Assembly (NCBI RefSeq): GCF_016592615.1
Contig: NZ_AP013043.1
Location: forward strand, 780,001 to 812,000
Direction: 5' to 3'
From: Isorropodon fossajaponicum endosymbiont JTNG4
Lineage (GTDB): Bacteria; Pseudomonadota; Gammaproteobacteria; PS1; Pseudothioglobaceae
DNA length: 32,000 nt
The notes under the pieces: model-generated
What the model was told of the DNA's origin: nothing
Database searches by the model: none
What the model saw: the letters and a program-made list of their open reading frames with translations, nothing else
Position numbers and translations under genes: made by a program
Shown: piece by piece, positions 1-8,260 of the stretch
How the letters are laid out: each line of letters opens with the position of its first letter
How positions within the stretch are numbered: position 1 is the stretch's first letter

Positions 1-1025
1 TCAGGGTTTGATTTAACAATTTCACCAATTGCTTCCAAGTTAAGATCAGCAGAACGCATAACCTTGTCAAATTGTGCTTGTGCACTATTAGAAACCATAA
101 TCAATAAACCACCACTAGTTTGTGGATCACAAATAATTGATCGCATCTCACCATTCATTTGGCTTAAATGATGCCCATAACTTTCAAAGTTACGCTGCGC
201 TCCACCTGGAGAGCAGCCCTTAGCTAGATAGTCTTTAATATTAGGCAGAATGGGTACTTTGCTATAATCAATTTTTGCTGCCACGTTAGAACCTATGCAC
301 ACTTCAGATAAATGACCACCCAAGCCAAAACCAGTCACATCAGTCATTGCATTGACGCTATCAATTTTTGCAAAATCAGCACCAATATCATTTAACTGAC
401 ACATGGTTTTAATTGCCTGAATTTCATCTTTCGGTGTAATTTTTTTCTGTTTTTGTGCTGTGGTTAAAATACCGATACCCAAAGGCTTGGTTAAATAAAT
501 TTTATCACCTATTCTGGCAGTTGAATTTTCTTTTAAATGCTCGGTCTTCACTCGTCCTGTTACGCACAAACCAAAAATAGGCTCAGGAGAGTCAATACTA
601 TGCCCGCCTGCCAATACCATACCAGCAGCATGGCATACGCTTCTACCACCATCAATAACTTGTCGTCCTACCTCTACAGGGAGCTTGTCTAGTGGCCAGC
701 CAAAAACAGCAATAGCCATAATTGGTGTGCCGCCCATTGCATAAATATCACTAATAGCATTAGTAGCAGCGATACGCCCGAAAGTAAAAGCATCATCTAC
801 AATTGGCATAAAGAAATCTGTTGTACTAATGATTGCCTCGCCATTACCAAGATCATACACAGCAGCGTCATCATTTGTATCATTACCTACTAAAAGATTG
901 GCATCTTTATACTCACCAAATGAGGATATTAAAATAGCCTCTAATATTTTGGGCGAAATTTTACAACCACAACCTTGTCTATGGCTATATTCAGTAAGTT
1001 TAATTGTTTGACTGGATAAGTTCAC
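1..1025 (-). CDS. selD: Selenide, water dikinase (selenophosphate synthetase); 3' end cut by the window edge
   Basis: Minus-strand translation from GTG at 1025 gives [32 protein letters not shown]...NDDAAVYDL...[45 protein letters not shown]...[16 protein letters not shown]. This is colinear with E. coli SelD, including the GCGCK loop (Cys form, not Sec). The frame has no stop before position 1, so it is missing from the ORF track. About 10 C-terminal residues are missing. Confidence 0.9.
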   Translation of the reverse strand, partial: MNLSSQTIKLTEYSHRQGCGCKISPKILEAILISSFGEYKDANLLVGNDTNDDAAVYDLGNGEAIISTTDFFMPIVDDAFTFGRIAATNAISDIYAMGGTPIMAIAVFGWPLDKLPVEVGRQVIDGGRSVCHAAGMVLAGGHSIDSPEPIFGLCVTGRVKTEHLKENSTARIGDKIYLTKPLGIGILTTAQKQKKITPKDEIQAIKTMCQLNDIGADFAKIDSVNAMTDVTGFGLGGHLSEVCIGSNVAAKIDYSKVPILPNIKDYLAKGCSPGGAQRNFESYGHHLSQMNGEMRSIICDPQTSGGLLIMVSNSAQAQFDKVMRSADLNLEAIGEIVKSNP

Positions 1026-1239
1026 ACCTGAATAATTATACCCTGATTAGGTAAAAATTAGGGTGCAACGCCAAAACAGGTGTATTCTTTGCAAATTAAT
1101 AGTGCTAGTATTGACGCGTTATACTTGCGTTCATTCTAGTCCAAAGAATGAATTTTAATATTCTTGGTTTAATTTAACAAAGTGTATACAATTTAGCGAC
1201 TTATTAAGCAGGGGCTATATAGGCAAATAACCTTATGAT

Positions 1240-1875
1240 TTATATGACCAAGCTGTACTTTTTTTCTAATTCTTTATATAATTGTTCTGGTGTTAAATCA
1301 GGATGCTCTTCCATGATACGAAAGGCAATAACGTTATCTTCCACCATGCCCCAATTCTTAATATAAGTACCTTCTTTATAGCCATGTTTTTGTCTAAAGG
1401 TATTGAGTTGATTTTTAACAAGATAGCGTTTGTAAAGCTCTGGCACATCCATACTCATTGTTGCTAGTGCTTTAAAGAAAAGCGCTGTGATTTCATATAA
1501 AGCATTTTGAGATTTATCTACATTAGCGCCACTTGCTGAAGCCACCAGTTTTTCTAAAATCTCTATCACAAGTTCTGGATTTGCCTGCCTTTCTGGCTTT
1601 GTATTTTCATAACCCTGAGCAAATTGAGTATCGCCAAAATGAATGGCCTCAGACATAATAAAATGCCAAATATCCACCAACTCAACTTTAGCGTTATCCA
1701 AATCATGTGCTGCTTCAATATCTTTCCAATGTTTCCAGTTAAACGAATCAATCGCCTCGGTGGCCTCCATATAAATACAACGCAACCAAGAAATATAACG
1801 CCCATCTTTGGTGATGCCACTACTCCACTCAGGGCCATTGGTGTTGTCATTTAATTGCTGTTGCAATTCAAACAT
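1240..1875 (-). CDS. Dimeric all-alpha dUTP pyrophosphatase (Campylobacter/kinetoplastid type, dUTPase_2-like)
   Basis: From the internal ATG at 1875 the product is MFELQQQLNDNTNGPEWSSGITKDGRYISWLRCIYMEATEAIDSFNWKHWK...VELVDIWHFIMS...NQLNTFRQKHGYKEGTYIKNW. By recall it closely parallels the C. jejuni dimeric dUTPase (LQQKLNDETNG...ISWRRCIYMECAELIDSFTWKHWK...IVDIWHFILS...NIFRQNNGYKDGSYKKTW). The 67 codons upstream in the ORF track (to 2076) overlap the pxpA remnant and look spurious. Confidence 0.8.
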   Translation of the reverse strand: MFELQQQLNDNTNGPEWSSGITKDGRYISWLRCIYMEATEAIDSFNWKHWKDIEAAHDLDNAKVELVDIWHFIMSEAIHFGDTQFAQGYENTKPERQANPELVIEILEKLVASASGANVDKSQNALYEITALFFKALATMSMDVPELYKRYLVKNQLNTFRQKHGYKEGTYIKNWGMVEDNVIAFRIMEEHPDLTPEQLYKELEKKYSLVI

Positions 1876-1936
1876 TTGCTTAATTTGACTCAAAAATAAA
1901 CCCTTATAATAATATGAAAAAATATCAAGAATTATA

Positions 1937-2455
1937 ATGCAACACTTGGCAAGTAAAAAATTAATTAATTGTGATTTGGGCGAGTGCTTAACACCCAATC
2001 CTGATACACACATTATGCCACTTATTGATATGGCAAATATTGCCTGTGGTGGGCATGCAGGTGATGATAAAAGCATGGTTCAAGCCATTCAACTTGGCGG
2101 CCTACGCAAAATAACGCTGCAATTGGTGCACTATACCATGATATGACGCACAAGGAATCTTTGCTAAATACTATGTGTGATGTTATTAAGGCAATTAATC
2201 AGAGCTTAAGTCTTGCTTGTACAAGTGGGTAACGAGGCTCATTTTAAGTACATTGAAACAAACACAAAAATTCAATTATTGCATGAGGTGTTTGCTGATC
2301 GTGGTTATCATGGTATACATACCATTCCCAGAGGGAAGAAAGGGGCTATTTTGGATAATGTGCATACCATCGTCAAATAATATCAAGATTTTTTAAATAA
2401 AAAATCTTTCAAAATAGACACAATTTGCTTCCATAGAGGCTTTAAAAATACTAAA
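1937..2455 (+). pseudogene. pxpA: 5-oxoprolinase subunit A (LamB/YcsF family, PxpA) remnant with an internal deletion, frameshifts and stops
   Basis: The 69-aa ORF starts with the PxpA N-terminus (LINCDLGE...MPLIDMANIACGGHAGDDKSMVQAI). Downstream pieces in other frames read IGALYHDMTHKESL...SLSLACTSG*, then LLHEVFADRGYHG.IHTIPRGKKGAILDNVHTIVK*, then KIDTICFHRG. These match E. coli YbgL motifs QIGAL/HGMLYN, EVFADRGY..DGSLVPR..GALI and TVCLHGD. No single frame is continuous. Confidence 0.7.
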
Positions 2456-2457
2456 AA

Positions 2458-2568
2458 ATGCATAAAATTATTCTGGCAGGTGAGCATTCCTTATTGATTT
2501 ATTTTGGTCATAAAATCGATTCTAACTTGCCTAAAAATATTGCAAGTAGCCACGAATTCTATCTTTAA
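2458..2568 (+). pseudogene. pxpB: 5-oxoprolinase subunit B (KipI/PxpB) 5' stub, 36 codons
   Basis: MHKIILAGEHSLLIYFGHKIDSNLPKNIASSHEFYL* resembles the PxpB/KipI N-terminus (..G(D/E)xALLvEFGxxIDxxlNxxV..). It starts 3 nt after the pxpA remnant, as in pxpAB operons. It then terminates and overlaps the convergent GNAT gene stop. Confidence 0.45.
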
Positions 2569-2987
2569 TTAACATCTTTAAAAAAAATTGATGAGTTGCG
2601 ATCTTGATTAAATAAAGCTTGGCGTTTTTGGGGTAAGTCAGCAATTTTCATTTGGATAAAGCCATTTTTAATAAACCAATCTGTGCCGTATTTAGTCAAT
2701 GCAAAAACCTTGGAAAATTTTTCAGCTTTTGCTTTTTTCATAATCTTGTCAAGTAGTTTTAATGAAAGCCCTATTTTTTGCGCTTTTTTAGACACTGCCA
2801 ATGAATAAATCTCTCCCACACCCTCTTTACAGTCTTTAAGGCCTGCACAAGCAAGTAATTGATTATTATCTATCAAACAAACAAAATCCCCAAGATTTTC
2901 ATTGATTTGTGCCTTGGTTCTAGGCAATATTTTACCCTCCTTAACAAAGGGCTTAACTAGGGTAAAAATTTGTTCGGCTTTAATCAA
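2565..2987 (-). CDS. GNAT acetyltransferase equivalent to the stand-alone C-terminal domain of N-acetylglutamate synthase (ArgA-like, short form)
   Basis: This 140-aa ORF (TTG start) aligns by eye with the E. coli ArgA C-terminal GNAT domain. Compare ..LLACAGLKDCKEGVGEIYSLAVSKK...KVFALTKYGTDWFIKNGF...LPQKRQALFNQDRNSSIFFKDV with ..[25 protein letters not shown]...KLFVLTTRSIHWFQERGF...LPESKKQLYNYQRKSKVLMADL. No amino-acid-kinase domain is present. Confidence 0.75.
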   Translation of the reverse strand: MIKAEQIFTLVKPFVKEGKILPRTKAQINENLGDFVCLIDNNQLLACAGLKDCKEGVGEIYSLAVSKKAQKIGLSLKLLDKIMKKAKAEKFSKVFALTKYGTDWFIKNGFIQMKIADLPQKRQALFNQDRNSSIFFKDVN

Positions 2988-3047
2988 GCTGACGGCTCAA
3001 ATGTTTAATGAAACGCCTATTTTAGTCTAAAATTTAATCTTTTTATC

Positions 3048-4727
3048 ATGCGAAGAAAAATTATGTGCAACCCAAGAAAATATTCCTCACAAGTTGTTGA
3101 CGGGTTTGAGCGCGCACCAAGTCGTGCCATGCTTTATCCGGTTGGTTTTACAAAAGAGGACTTTAACAAGCCTCAAGTCGGTATAGCAAGCACTTGGTCA
3201 ATGGTAACGCCGTGTAATATGCACATTAATAAATTGGCTGACGAGGCATCAAAAGGAGTCAATGCCACAGGTGGCAAAGCCATTATTTTTAACACTATCA
3301 CTATTTCAGATGGCATTTCTATGGGCTCTGAAGGTATGAAGTACTCTTTAGTCTCACGTGAAGTTATTGCTGATTCAATTGAAACTGTTGTTGGTTGCCA
3401 AGGTTTTGACGGTGTGGTTGCGATTGGTGGTTGTGATAAAAATATGCCTGGTTGCGTTATTGGCTTGGCACGTCTTAACCGCCCTAGTATTTTTGTTTAT
3501 GGCGGCACCATTCAGCCGGGTAAAAATCATACAGATGTGGTGAGTGTTTTTGAAGCAGTTGGCCAATTTTCCAATCGTACAATTAATGCGATTGAACTAG
3601 AAAATATTGAAAAAACAGCCATTCCTGGTCCCGGCTCTTGTGGCGGTATGTACACGGCTAACACTATGGCATCAGCAATTGAGGCATTGGGCATGAGTTT
3701 ACCAAATTCTAGCGCGCAAGATGCTATTTCAGATGATAAAAATAACGACTGCGTTCAAGCTGGACAAGCCGTTCTTAATTTATTAAATAAAGACATTAAA
3801 CCTCGTGACATCATGACCATGAAAGCATTTGAGAATGCCATTACCATGATTATTGCACTGGGTGGCTCAACTAATGCTGTCTTGCATTTAATTGCTATGG
3901 CAAGTGCTGCTGAGGTTAATCTTAAAATTGATGACTTTACTCGTATTGGCAAAAAAGTGCCCGTTATTGCCGACCTTAAACCATCGGGTAAATACATGAT
4001 GAGTGAATTGGTTGAAATTGGCGGTACATTGCCACTAATGAAAATGCTACTTGATGCAGGACTATTGCACGGAGAGTGCCTAACAGTAACAGGTAAAACT
4101 TTAGCTGAAAATTTAGAAAATGTTCAACCATACGCCGATTCCCAAGAAATCATTAGAGCACTAGACAACCCAATAAAAAAAGATTCACACCTTAGAATTT
4201 TACGTGGCAATCTTGCAACCGATGGTGCTGTGGCAAAAATCACTGGCAAAGAAGGCTTAAGTTTCAAAGGTAGTGCAAAATGCTTTTCTCGCGAAGAGGA
4301 TGCACTTGAAGCCATTCTAAATGACCAAATAACAGCAGGTGACGTTATCGTTATTCGTTATGAAGGCCCTGTCGGTGGTCCTGGTATGCGCGAAATGCTT
4401 GCCCCTACTTCTGCAGTTATGGGCAAAGGCTTAGGTGGCAAAGTTGCCCTTATTACCGATGGTCGCTTCTCTGGCGGTACACATGGATTTGTAGTCGGTC
4501 ACATCACCCCTGAAGCCTTTAAAGGTGGTGTACTGGCTGTGGTTGAAGATGGTGATGAAATCTTAATCGATGCAAAAAACAACATTTTAGAACTGTTAGT
4601 TGAGCAGGCAATTATCGATAAACGCCTATCTAACTGGAAACAACCCAAGCCAAACTACACCAAAGGGGTATTGGCTAAGTTTGCAAAGCTGGCTAAATCT
4701 GCCTCTGAAGGCGCAGTGACTGATTAA
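3048..4727 (+). CDS. ilvD: Dihydroxy-acid dehydratase
   Basis: This 559-aa ORF carries IlvD/Edd hallmarks: APSRAML..GF...KPQVGIAS.W....[27 protein letters not shown] and [14 protein letters not shown]. The start could instead be the ATG at 3063. Confidence 0.95.
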   Translation: MRRKIMCNPRKYSSQVVDGFERAPSRAMLYPVGFTKEDFNKPQVGIASTWSMVTPCNMHINKLADEASKGVNATGGKAIIFNTITISDGISMGSEGMKYSLVSREVIADSIETVVGCQGFDGVVAIGGCDKNMPGCVIGLARLNRPSIFVYGGTIQPGKNHTDVVSVFEAVGQFSNRTINAIELENIEKTAIPGPGSCGGMYTANTMASAIEALGMSLPNSSAQDAISDDKNNDCVQAGQAVLNLLNKDIKPRDIMTMKAFENAITMIIALGGSTNAVLHLIAMASAAEVNLKIDDFTRIGKKVPVIADLKPSGKYMMSELVEIGGTLPLMKMLLDAGLLHGECLTVTGKTLAENLENVQPYADSQEIIRALDNPIKKDSHLRILRGNLATDGAVAKITGKEGLSFKGSAKCFSREEDALEAILNDQITAGDVIVIRYEGPVGGPGMREMLAPTSAVMGKGLGGKVALITDGRFSGGTHGFVVGHITPEAFKGGVLAVVEDGDEILIDAKNNILELLVEQAIIDKRLSNWKQPKPNYTKGVLAKFAKLAKSASEGAVTD

Positions 4728-4772
4728 GTCGCTTAACTATTCAGTTAGGTTAGGCCGCCGCATTGATGAAAA

Positions 4773-4952
4773 TTGGATAATCATCAATTTATACCCACTT
4801 GGGCTTTAATGGGCTTGATGAAACTAGGCTCTAAATTACCGCTTAAAACCCAGTTAATGACGGGTAAAACAATCGGCAATATACTATATCCACTATTAAG
4901 TGGATTTAGAAAAATTGCTTTTGTGAATATCTCTAAATGCTTTCCTATCTAA
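4773..4952 (+). pseudogene. lpxL: Lipid A lauroyl/myristoyl acyltransferase (LpxL/HtrB family) 5' fragment, 59 codons
   Basis: A TTG-started frame reads MDNHQFIPTWALMGLMKLGSKLPLKTQLMTGKTIGNILYPLLSGFRKIAFVNISKCFPI*. This is colinear with the E. coli LpxL N-terminus (..[54 protein letters not shown]). It stops 8 nt before the IS30 left inverted repeat. No continuation is visible on the other side of the IS. Confidence 0.5.
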
Positions 4953-4960
4953 AGGCACCA

Positions 4961-4987
4961 CTTGAATTCAACTTGCAAATGCAACAC
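4961..4987. repeat. IS30 left terminal inverted repeat
   Basis: It matches the reverse complement of 6023-6049 at 27/27 positions. Confidence 0.9.
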
Positions 4988-4992
4988 ATTCC

Positions 4993-6019
4993 ATGGGGAA
5001 TGTGGCTATGAACAACTACCAACACCTAAGCCCTGAAGAACGGGCATTCATTATGATTGAGTACAACCAAGGAAGGTCTATCCGTTATATCAGCTATTTA
5101 CTCAATCGTTCACCCTCAACCATATCTAGAGAGATAAAACGTAATCTATCTAATACAATAAACAATTATTGTGCCACCACTGCAGCCAAACGTTATCAAG
5201 ACAAGCGTCAACTCTGTATAAAGCCACAAAAACTAACACCAGACACTTTAATTGTATAATCAAATCAAAGAGTGGCTGGTTCACAAACAATGGTCACCTG
5301 AACAAATATCTGGTGCATTAAAGCACTACTATCCAAGTCAAAAAGATATGCAAATTAGTCATGAAACAATTTACGGATACATTTACACTCTCCCCAAAGG
5401 TGAGCTTAAAAAAACTCATGATTCATTCATTACGACGAAGTAAATCTAAACGAGGCGTACGAGGTTCAAAGAGTGGCAGCTACAGTACTATAAAGCCAAA
5501 AGAGGATCAACTTATTTGCCACCGACCCAAAGACATTAATGAAAGAATGATTGCAGGACATTGGGAAGGTGATTTAATTACAGGCTCTCAAAACAAACCT
5601 TGTGTCGGCACCTTGGTTGAAAGAAAAACTGGTTATTTAATACTGAATAAAATGAAAAGTAAGTCAGCTTTTGATGTACGTCAAGGGTTTGAACAAAAAA
5701 TGAAAGCGATACCTGAATTCTTACGCCTGTCTATGACCTATGACAGAGGCTCTGAAATGGCACAACACTCTATCTTATCTGATAATTTAAAGATTGATGT
5801 TTACTTTGCTGATCCACATGCACCATGGCAAAAAGGGGGTCTAATGAGAATACTAACGGTTTAATCCGTCAATACTTGCCAAAGGGAGTAGATTTATCTC
5901 CTTGTAGCCAGAAAGATTTGGATGAAATTGCTTGGTTGCTCAACACTAGACCTAGAAAAAGATTTGACTTTAAAACACCACAGGATATGATGCATAGAGT
6001 TTTAACTGAAAAATACTAA
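4993..6019 (+). pseudogene. IS30-family transposase broken into four overlapping frames
   Basis: Four consecutive ORFs (4993-5259, 5252-5443, 5361-5864, 5825-6019) together spell one IS30 transposase. The parts are an HTH region (LSPEERAFI..GRSIRYISYLLNRSPSTISREIKRN), then WSPEQISG, HWEGDLI, YDRGSEM and PWQKGxNENTNGLIRQYLPKG...LNTRPRK. At least three frame changes are needed to read through. Confidence 0.85.
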
Positions 6020-6022
6020 CTA

Positions 6023-6049
6023 GTGTTGCATTTGCAAGTTGAATTCAAG
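6023..6049. repeat. IS30 right terminal inverted repeat
   Basis: It matches the reverse complement of 4961-4987 at 27/27 positions. Confidence 0.9.
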
Positions 6050-6155
6050 CTGTTATCTTTATTTATCTTTATTTTAACCAGCCGCATAATTTGCAGTGTT
6101 GTTATAGTCTGCGGGCTTGGTGATTAGGCAGTTTGGGCTTGCATGGGTTGGTATT

Positions 6156-6443
6156 CTACCTTGCGTAGGTTTTGGGTGGGTTGTTTATATTTTGGGCTTC
6201 TTTTCTATAAACAACCCAAAAATATAGCATCCCTCCTATCAACATTATAAAAAAAGAAAAAAACCATAAAGGTCTATGATTAATCTTTCTATTATTCATA
6301 AGATGGTACGTCATCCAAAAGAATAAAATAGTGCCTGATATTCCTCCATTTATTATAAGTAGTGGATGATATGGAAATTCAAACAACACTCTTAAAAGTC
6401 CCAATAAAAACAAAAAAATAATTAACCAATAAAAAATAACCAA
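6156..6443 (-). CDS. Small 3-TM membrane protein; candidate immunity protein for the upstream RHS toxin tip
   Basis: This 95-aa ORF has three clear hydrophobic spans (VIFYWLIIFLFLLGLLRVLF, LLIINGGISGTILFFWMTYHL, LWFFSFFIMLIGGMLYFWVVY). It lies 24 nt downstream of the toxin-tip stop on the same strand. The track start is TTG. An ATG at 6466, 2 nt after the toxin stop, is out of frame by one T in a T6 run. Confidence 0.5.
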   Translation of the reverse strand: MVIFYWLIIFLFLLGLLRVLFEFPYHPLLIINGGISGTILFFWMTYHLMNNRKINHRPLWFFSFFIMLIGGMLYFWVVYRKEAQNINNPPKTYAR

Positions 6444-6467
6444 AATACAATTTAAATTTACTCATAA

Positions 6468-7323
6468 TTAGTGAGCCCCATTAATAAGAGGAATTTCAAA
6501 ATCATAACTATAATCTAGCCTCCCTCGTCTAAAGCCAAAGCCACTTTTATAAACAAAATCTCCATTAGGATTAGTGCCATAATTTGAAGCATAATCATAA
6601 ACTGACGTTGTCCAACTGTTGCCTAAGTCGTAAGAGTAACTTGCTCCAGAAAGACCAAATCCAAAGATAGTTAAAGATACTTTGCTAGAAAACACAGGGT
6701 TAGAATTGCAAGAGTTATGCATATTAACCTCTAATGTTGCAGGGTCATAACTAACTTTTAAAATTCCAGCTTTAGCCTCCCATCCTGGAACTGCTACAGA
6801 ATTAGGAGTCAAAGCCTTGTCAATATTCCCAACTTGCTTTGAACCATGCGTCATCACCTCATTAAACAAATACCGATAAGCCCCACTCCTCGTCCCATTC
6901 GCAAACTTACCCCCACCAATCACCTAGACTGTGCCGCCAATCACTGCATCTCTGATGGTATTGTTAATCATTTGCTGTACCTGATGAGCCTAAATAAGAC
7001 CCTGCCACGCCTGATAAAAATACAGCACCAAACTTACCTCCTGCTTGAACGTAGCTAACACCGCTGGCAAGACCATGGGCGGCTAGGGTTTTCATTGAAC
7101 CTGATTCCCAGCCTTTGTTGTAGGTGGTTTTTCCACCTACAGTTTTAGCCTCTCGTAACCCGCCAATACCCATAAACAATCCTGCCGTTAGTCCTGCCCC
7201 TTGTGCGGCTTTAGCACTACCTGTGGCGGCGTAGCTCATTCTTTCTACCACCGTTGCCTTGGCCATCGGTGATGGTGTCGATACTGCCTAGGTTGTCATA
7301 GTGCAAGTAGCGGGTTTGGTCGG
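6468..7323 (-). pseudogene. C-terminal fragment of an RHS/YD-repeat polymorphic toxin (last YD repeat, linker and an unrecognised C-terminal domain), disrupted
   Basis: Minus-strand reading from 7323 gives DQTRYLHYDNLGSIDTITDGQGN. After a 1-nt shift it continues VVERMSYAATG, which is a canonical YD repeat (Y.H.D.LGS....TD..G.vv.r..Y). The ORF 6964-7266 follows with a GGKFGAVFLSGVAG motif. After another frameshift and an in-frame TAG comes VIGGGKFANGTRSGAYRYLFNEV plus a ~125-aa Gly/Ser/Tyr-rich tail (ORF 6468-6923). The 5' end is replaced by the truncated IS3. Confidence 0.7.
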
Positions 7324-7737
7324 GGGCTGGTGTCTAGACACAGCATTACTAAGCGCATCCTTTGCCAACTGAGCATTAGGCTGTTTTGACAATGCCCAAC
7401 CAACAACTTGTCTTGAGCCTAAATCCAACACACTGGCTAAATAACTCCCACCTTGATAGGTTTTGATATAGGTAATATCACCAACCCAATGCGTATTAAT
7501 TGATTGCTGCTCAAACACACGATTTAATAGGTTTTTTGCCTTTTTAAACATCAATCTAGTATTAGGGTAATAATGACGCTTTCTTGGGCGTATGGCAACT
7601 ACATTGGCTTTTTTCATTAGCGTTGCGGTTTGGTAAATACCAATGTTATAACCTTGGTTATTCAAAACTACTCGCATTCTGCGTTTGCCATAGGTGTATC
7701 CAACTTCAATAGCAGTTTGTTTGATTAATTTAATCAT
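7288..7737 (-). pseudogene. Truncated IS3 transposase OrfB with a chimeric tail
   Basis: The first 137 residues are identical to the 242-aa OrfB at 18388-19116, up to ..SNAVSRHQP. The ORF then reads out of frame into RHS DNA (PTKPATCTMTT*). It keeps only the first DDE Asp region (HWVGDITYI) and lacks HSDQG and the ..WDNAVMERFF motif. Confidence 0.85.
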
Positions 7738-8260
7738 AGCATTGGTGTTGTTGTTTACTCGCTTATCTTTGACTTGATAGTAATAACTACTGCGAGGAAG
7801 TTTGAGTAATGCTCATAATTCTTTAGTATTGTATTGTTGGCAAGCCTTGTTTATCTTGATAATCATATCACTTGGTGATTGTCCACAGCGAACAAGGCTG
7901 TTGCCTTTTTTAAGATTTCATTGTCCCTTTGTGCGCGCCAAAGTTGTTTCTCAAGCAGTTGTATTGTTTGTTGTTCAGAAGTCAGCGCTTTGCCTGACTC
8001 TGGTGTTTGTCCACCAAGCTCTGCTAGGTATTGTTTTCTCCATCTGCTAACTGCTGAGGAGCAAGCTCCTGATATTATCATGATTTTTTTTATTGGTGTA
8101 ATTCTCATGCACCATGAGTTTGGCATAATCTAGTGTTTCCCCCTCAAGGGGGTATTGAACAGAATGTTCAACGGTAAAAGTCACTCGTTGTTTTCTTGAT
8201 TTATATTGTGTCATTACTGACCTCCTTATGGTTTGTATTATAAGGCTATCTTTGTGTCCA
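7324..8260 (-). mobile_element. IS3-family (IS911-like) element, truncated copy lacking the orfB 3' part and one terminal repeat
   Basis: It matches 18703-19639 base for base at a constant offset of 11,379 bp. I found 3 mismatches in 937 bp (7627, 7741, 8138). Homology stops abruptly at 7324, where RHS sequence begins. Confidence 0.9.
7905..7911 (-). promoter_or_regulatory. A_AAA_AAG -1 programmed frameshift heptamer (orfA/orfB junction), truncated IS3 copy
   Basis: The minus strand reads TTA AAA AAG in the orfA frame (..NEILKKATA..). The orfB frame is -1 relative to orfA, which is the classic IS3-family arrangement. Confidence 0.6.

Larger units (their letters stand above)
4961..6049 (+). 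mobile_element. IS30-family insertion sequence (1089 bp) with perfect 27-bp terminal inverted repeats
   Basis: The left end 4961-4987 (cttgaattcaacttgcaaatgcaacac) is the exact reverse complement of 6023-6049. The ends enclose an IS30-type DDE transposase reading frame. No flanking direct duplication is evident (..cacca | ctgtt..). Confidence 0.9.

Noticed and set aside
829-1011. 60-aa plus-strand ORF
   Set aside because: It lies antisense within the strongly conserved selD coding region.
1130-1156. 8-bp stem hairpin (ttcattct/agaatgaa) followed by TTTT on the plus strand
   Set aside because: It looks like a terminator, but no plus-strand gene lies upstream. On the minus strand (downstream of the dUTPase gene) no U-tract follows. 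The stem is AT-rich and could arise by chance.
1876-2076. N-terminal 67-codon extension of the dUTPase ORF in the track
   Set aside because: It is hydrophobic and low-complexity, has no counterpart in dimeric dUTPases, and overlaps the pxpA remnant on the other strand. The conserved protein begins at the ATG at 1875.
3358-4315. Several 60-80-aa ORFs on both strands inside ilvD. Similar nested ORFs occur inside thiC, acs, aspS, obg, proB, map, yebC and ubiD.
   Set aside because: All are nested in, or antisense to, long genes with unambiguous homology. None has a recognisable domain or start context.
7802-8133. Plus-strand ORFs 7802-8050 and 7879-8133, and their twins 19181-19429 and 19258-19512
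   Set aside because: They lie antisense to the IS3 orfA/orfB, are Cys/Leu/Ser-rich with no recognisable domain, and are duplicated only because the IS is duplicated.
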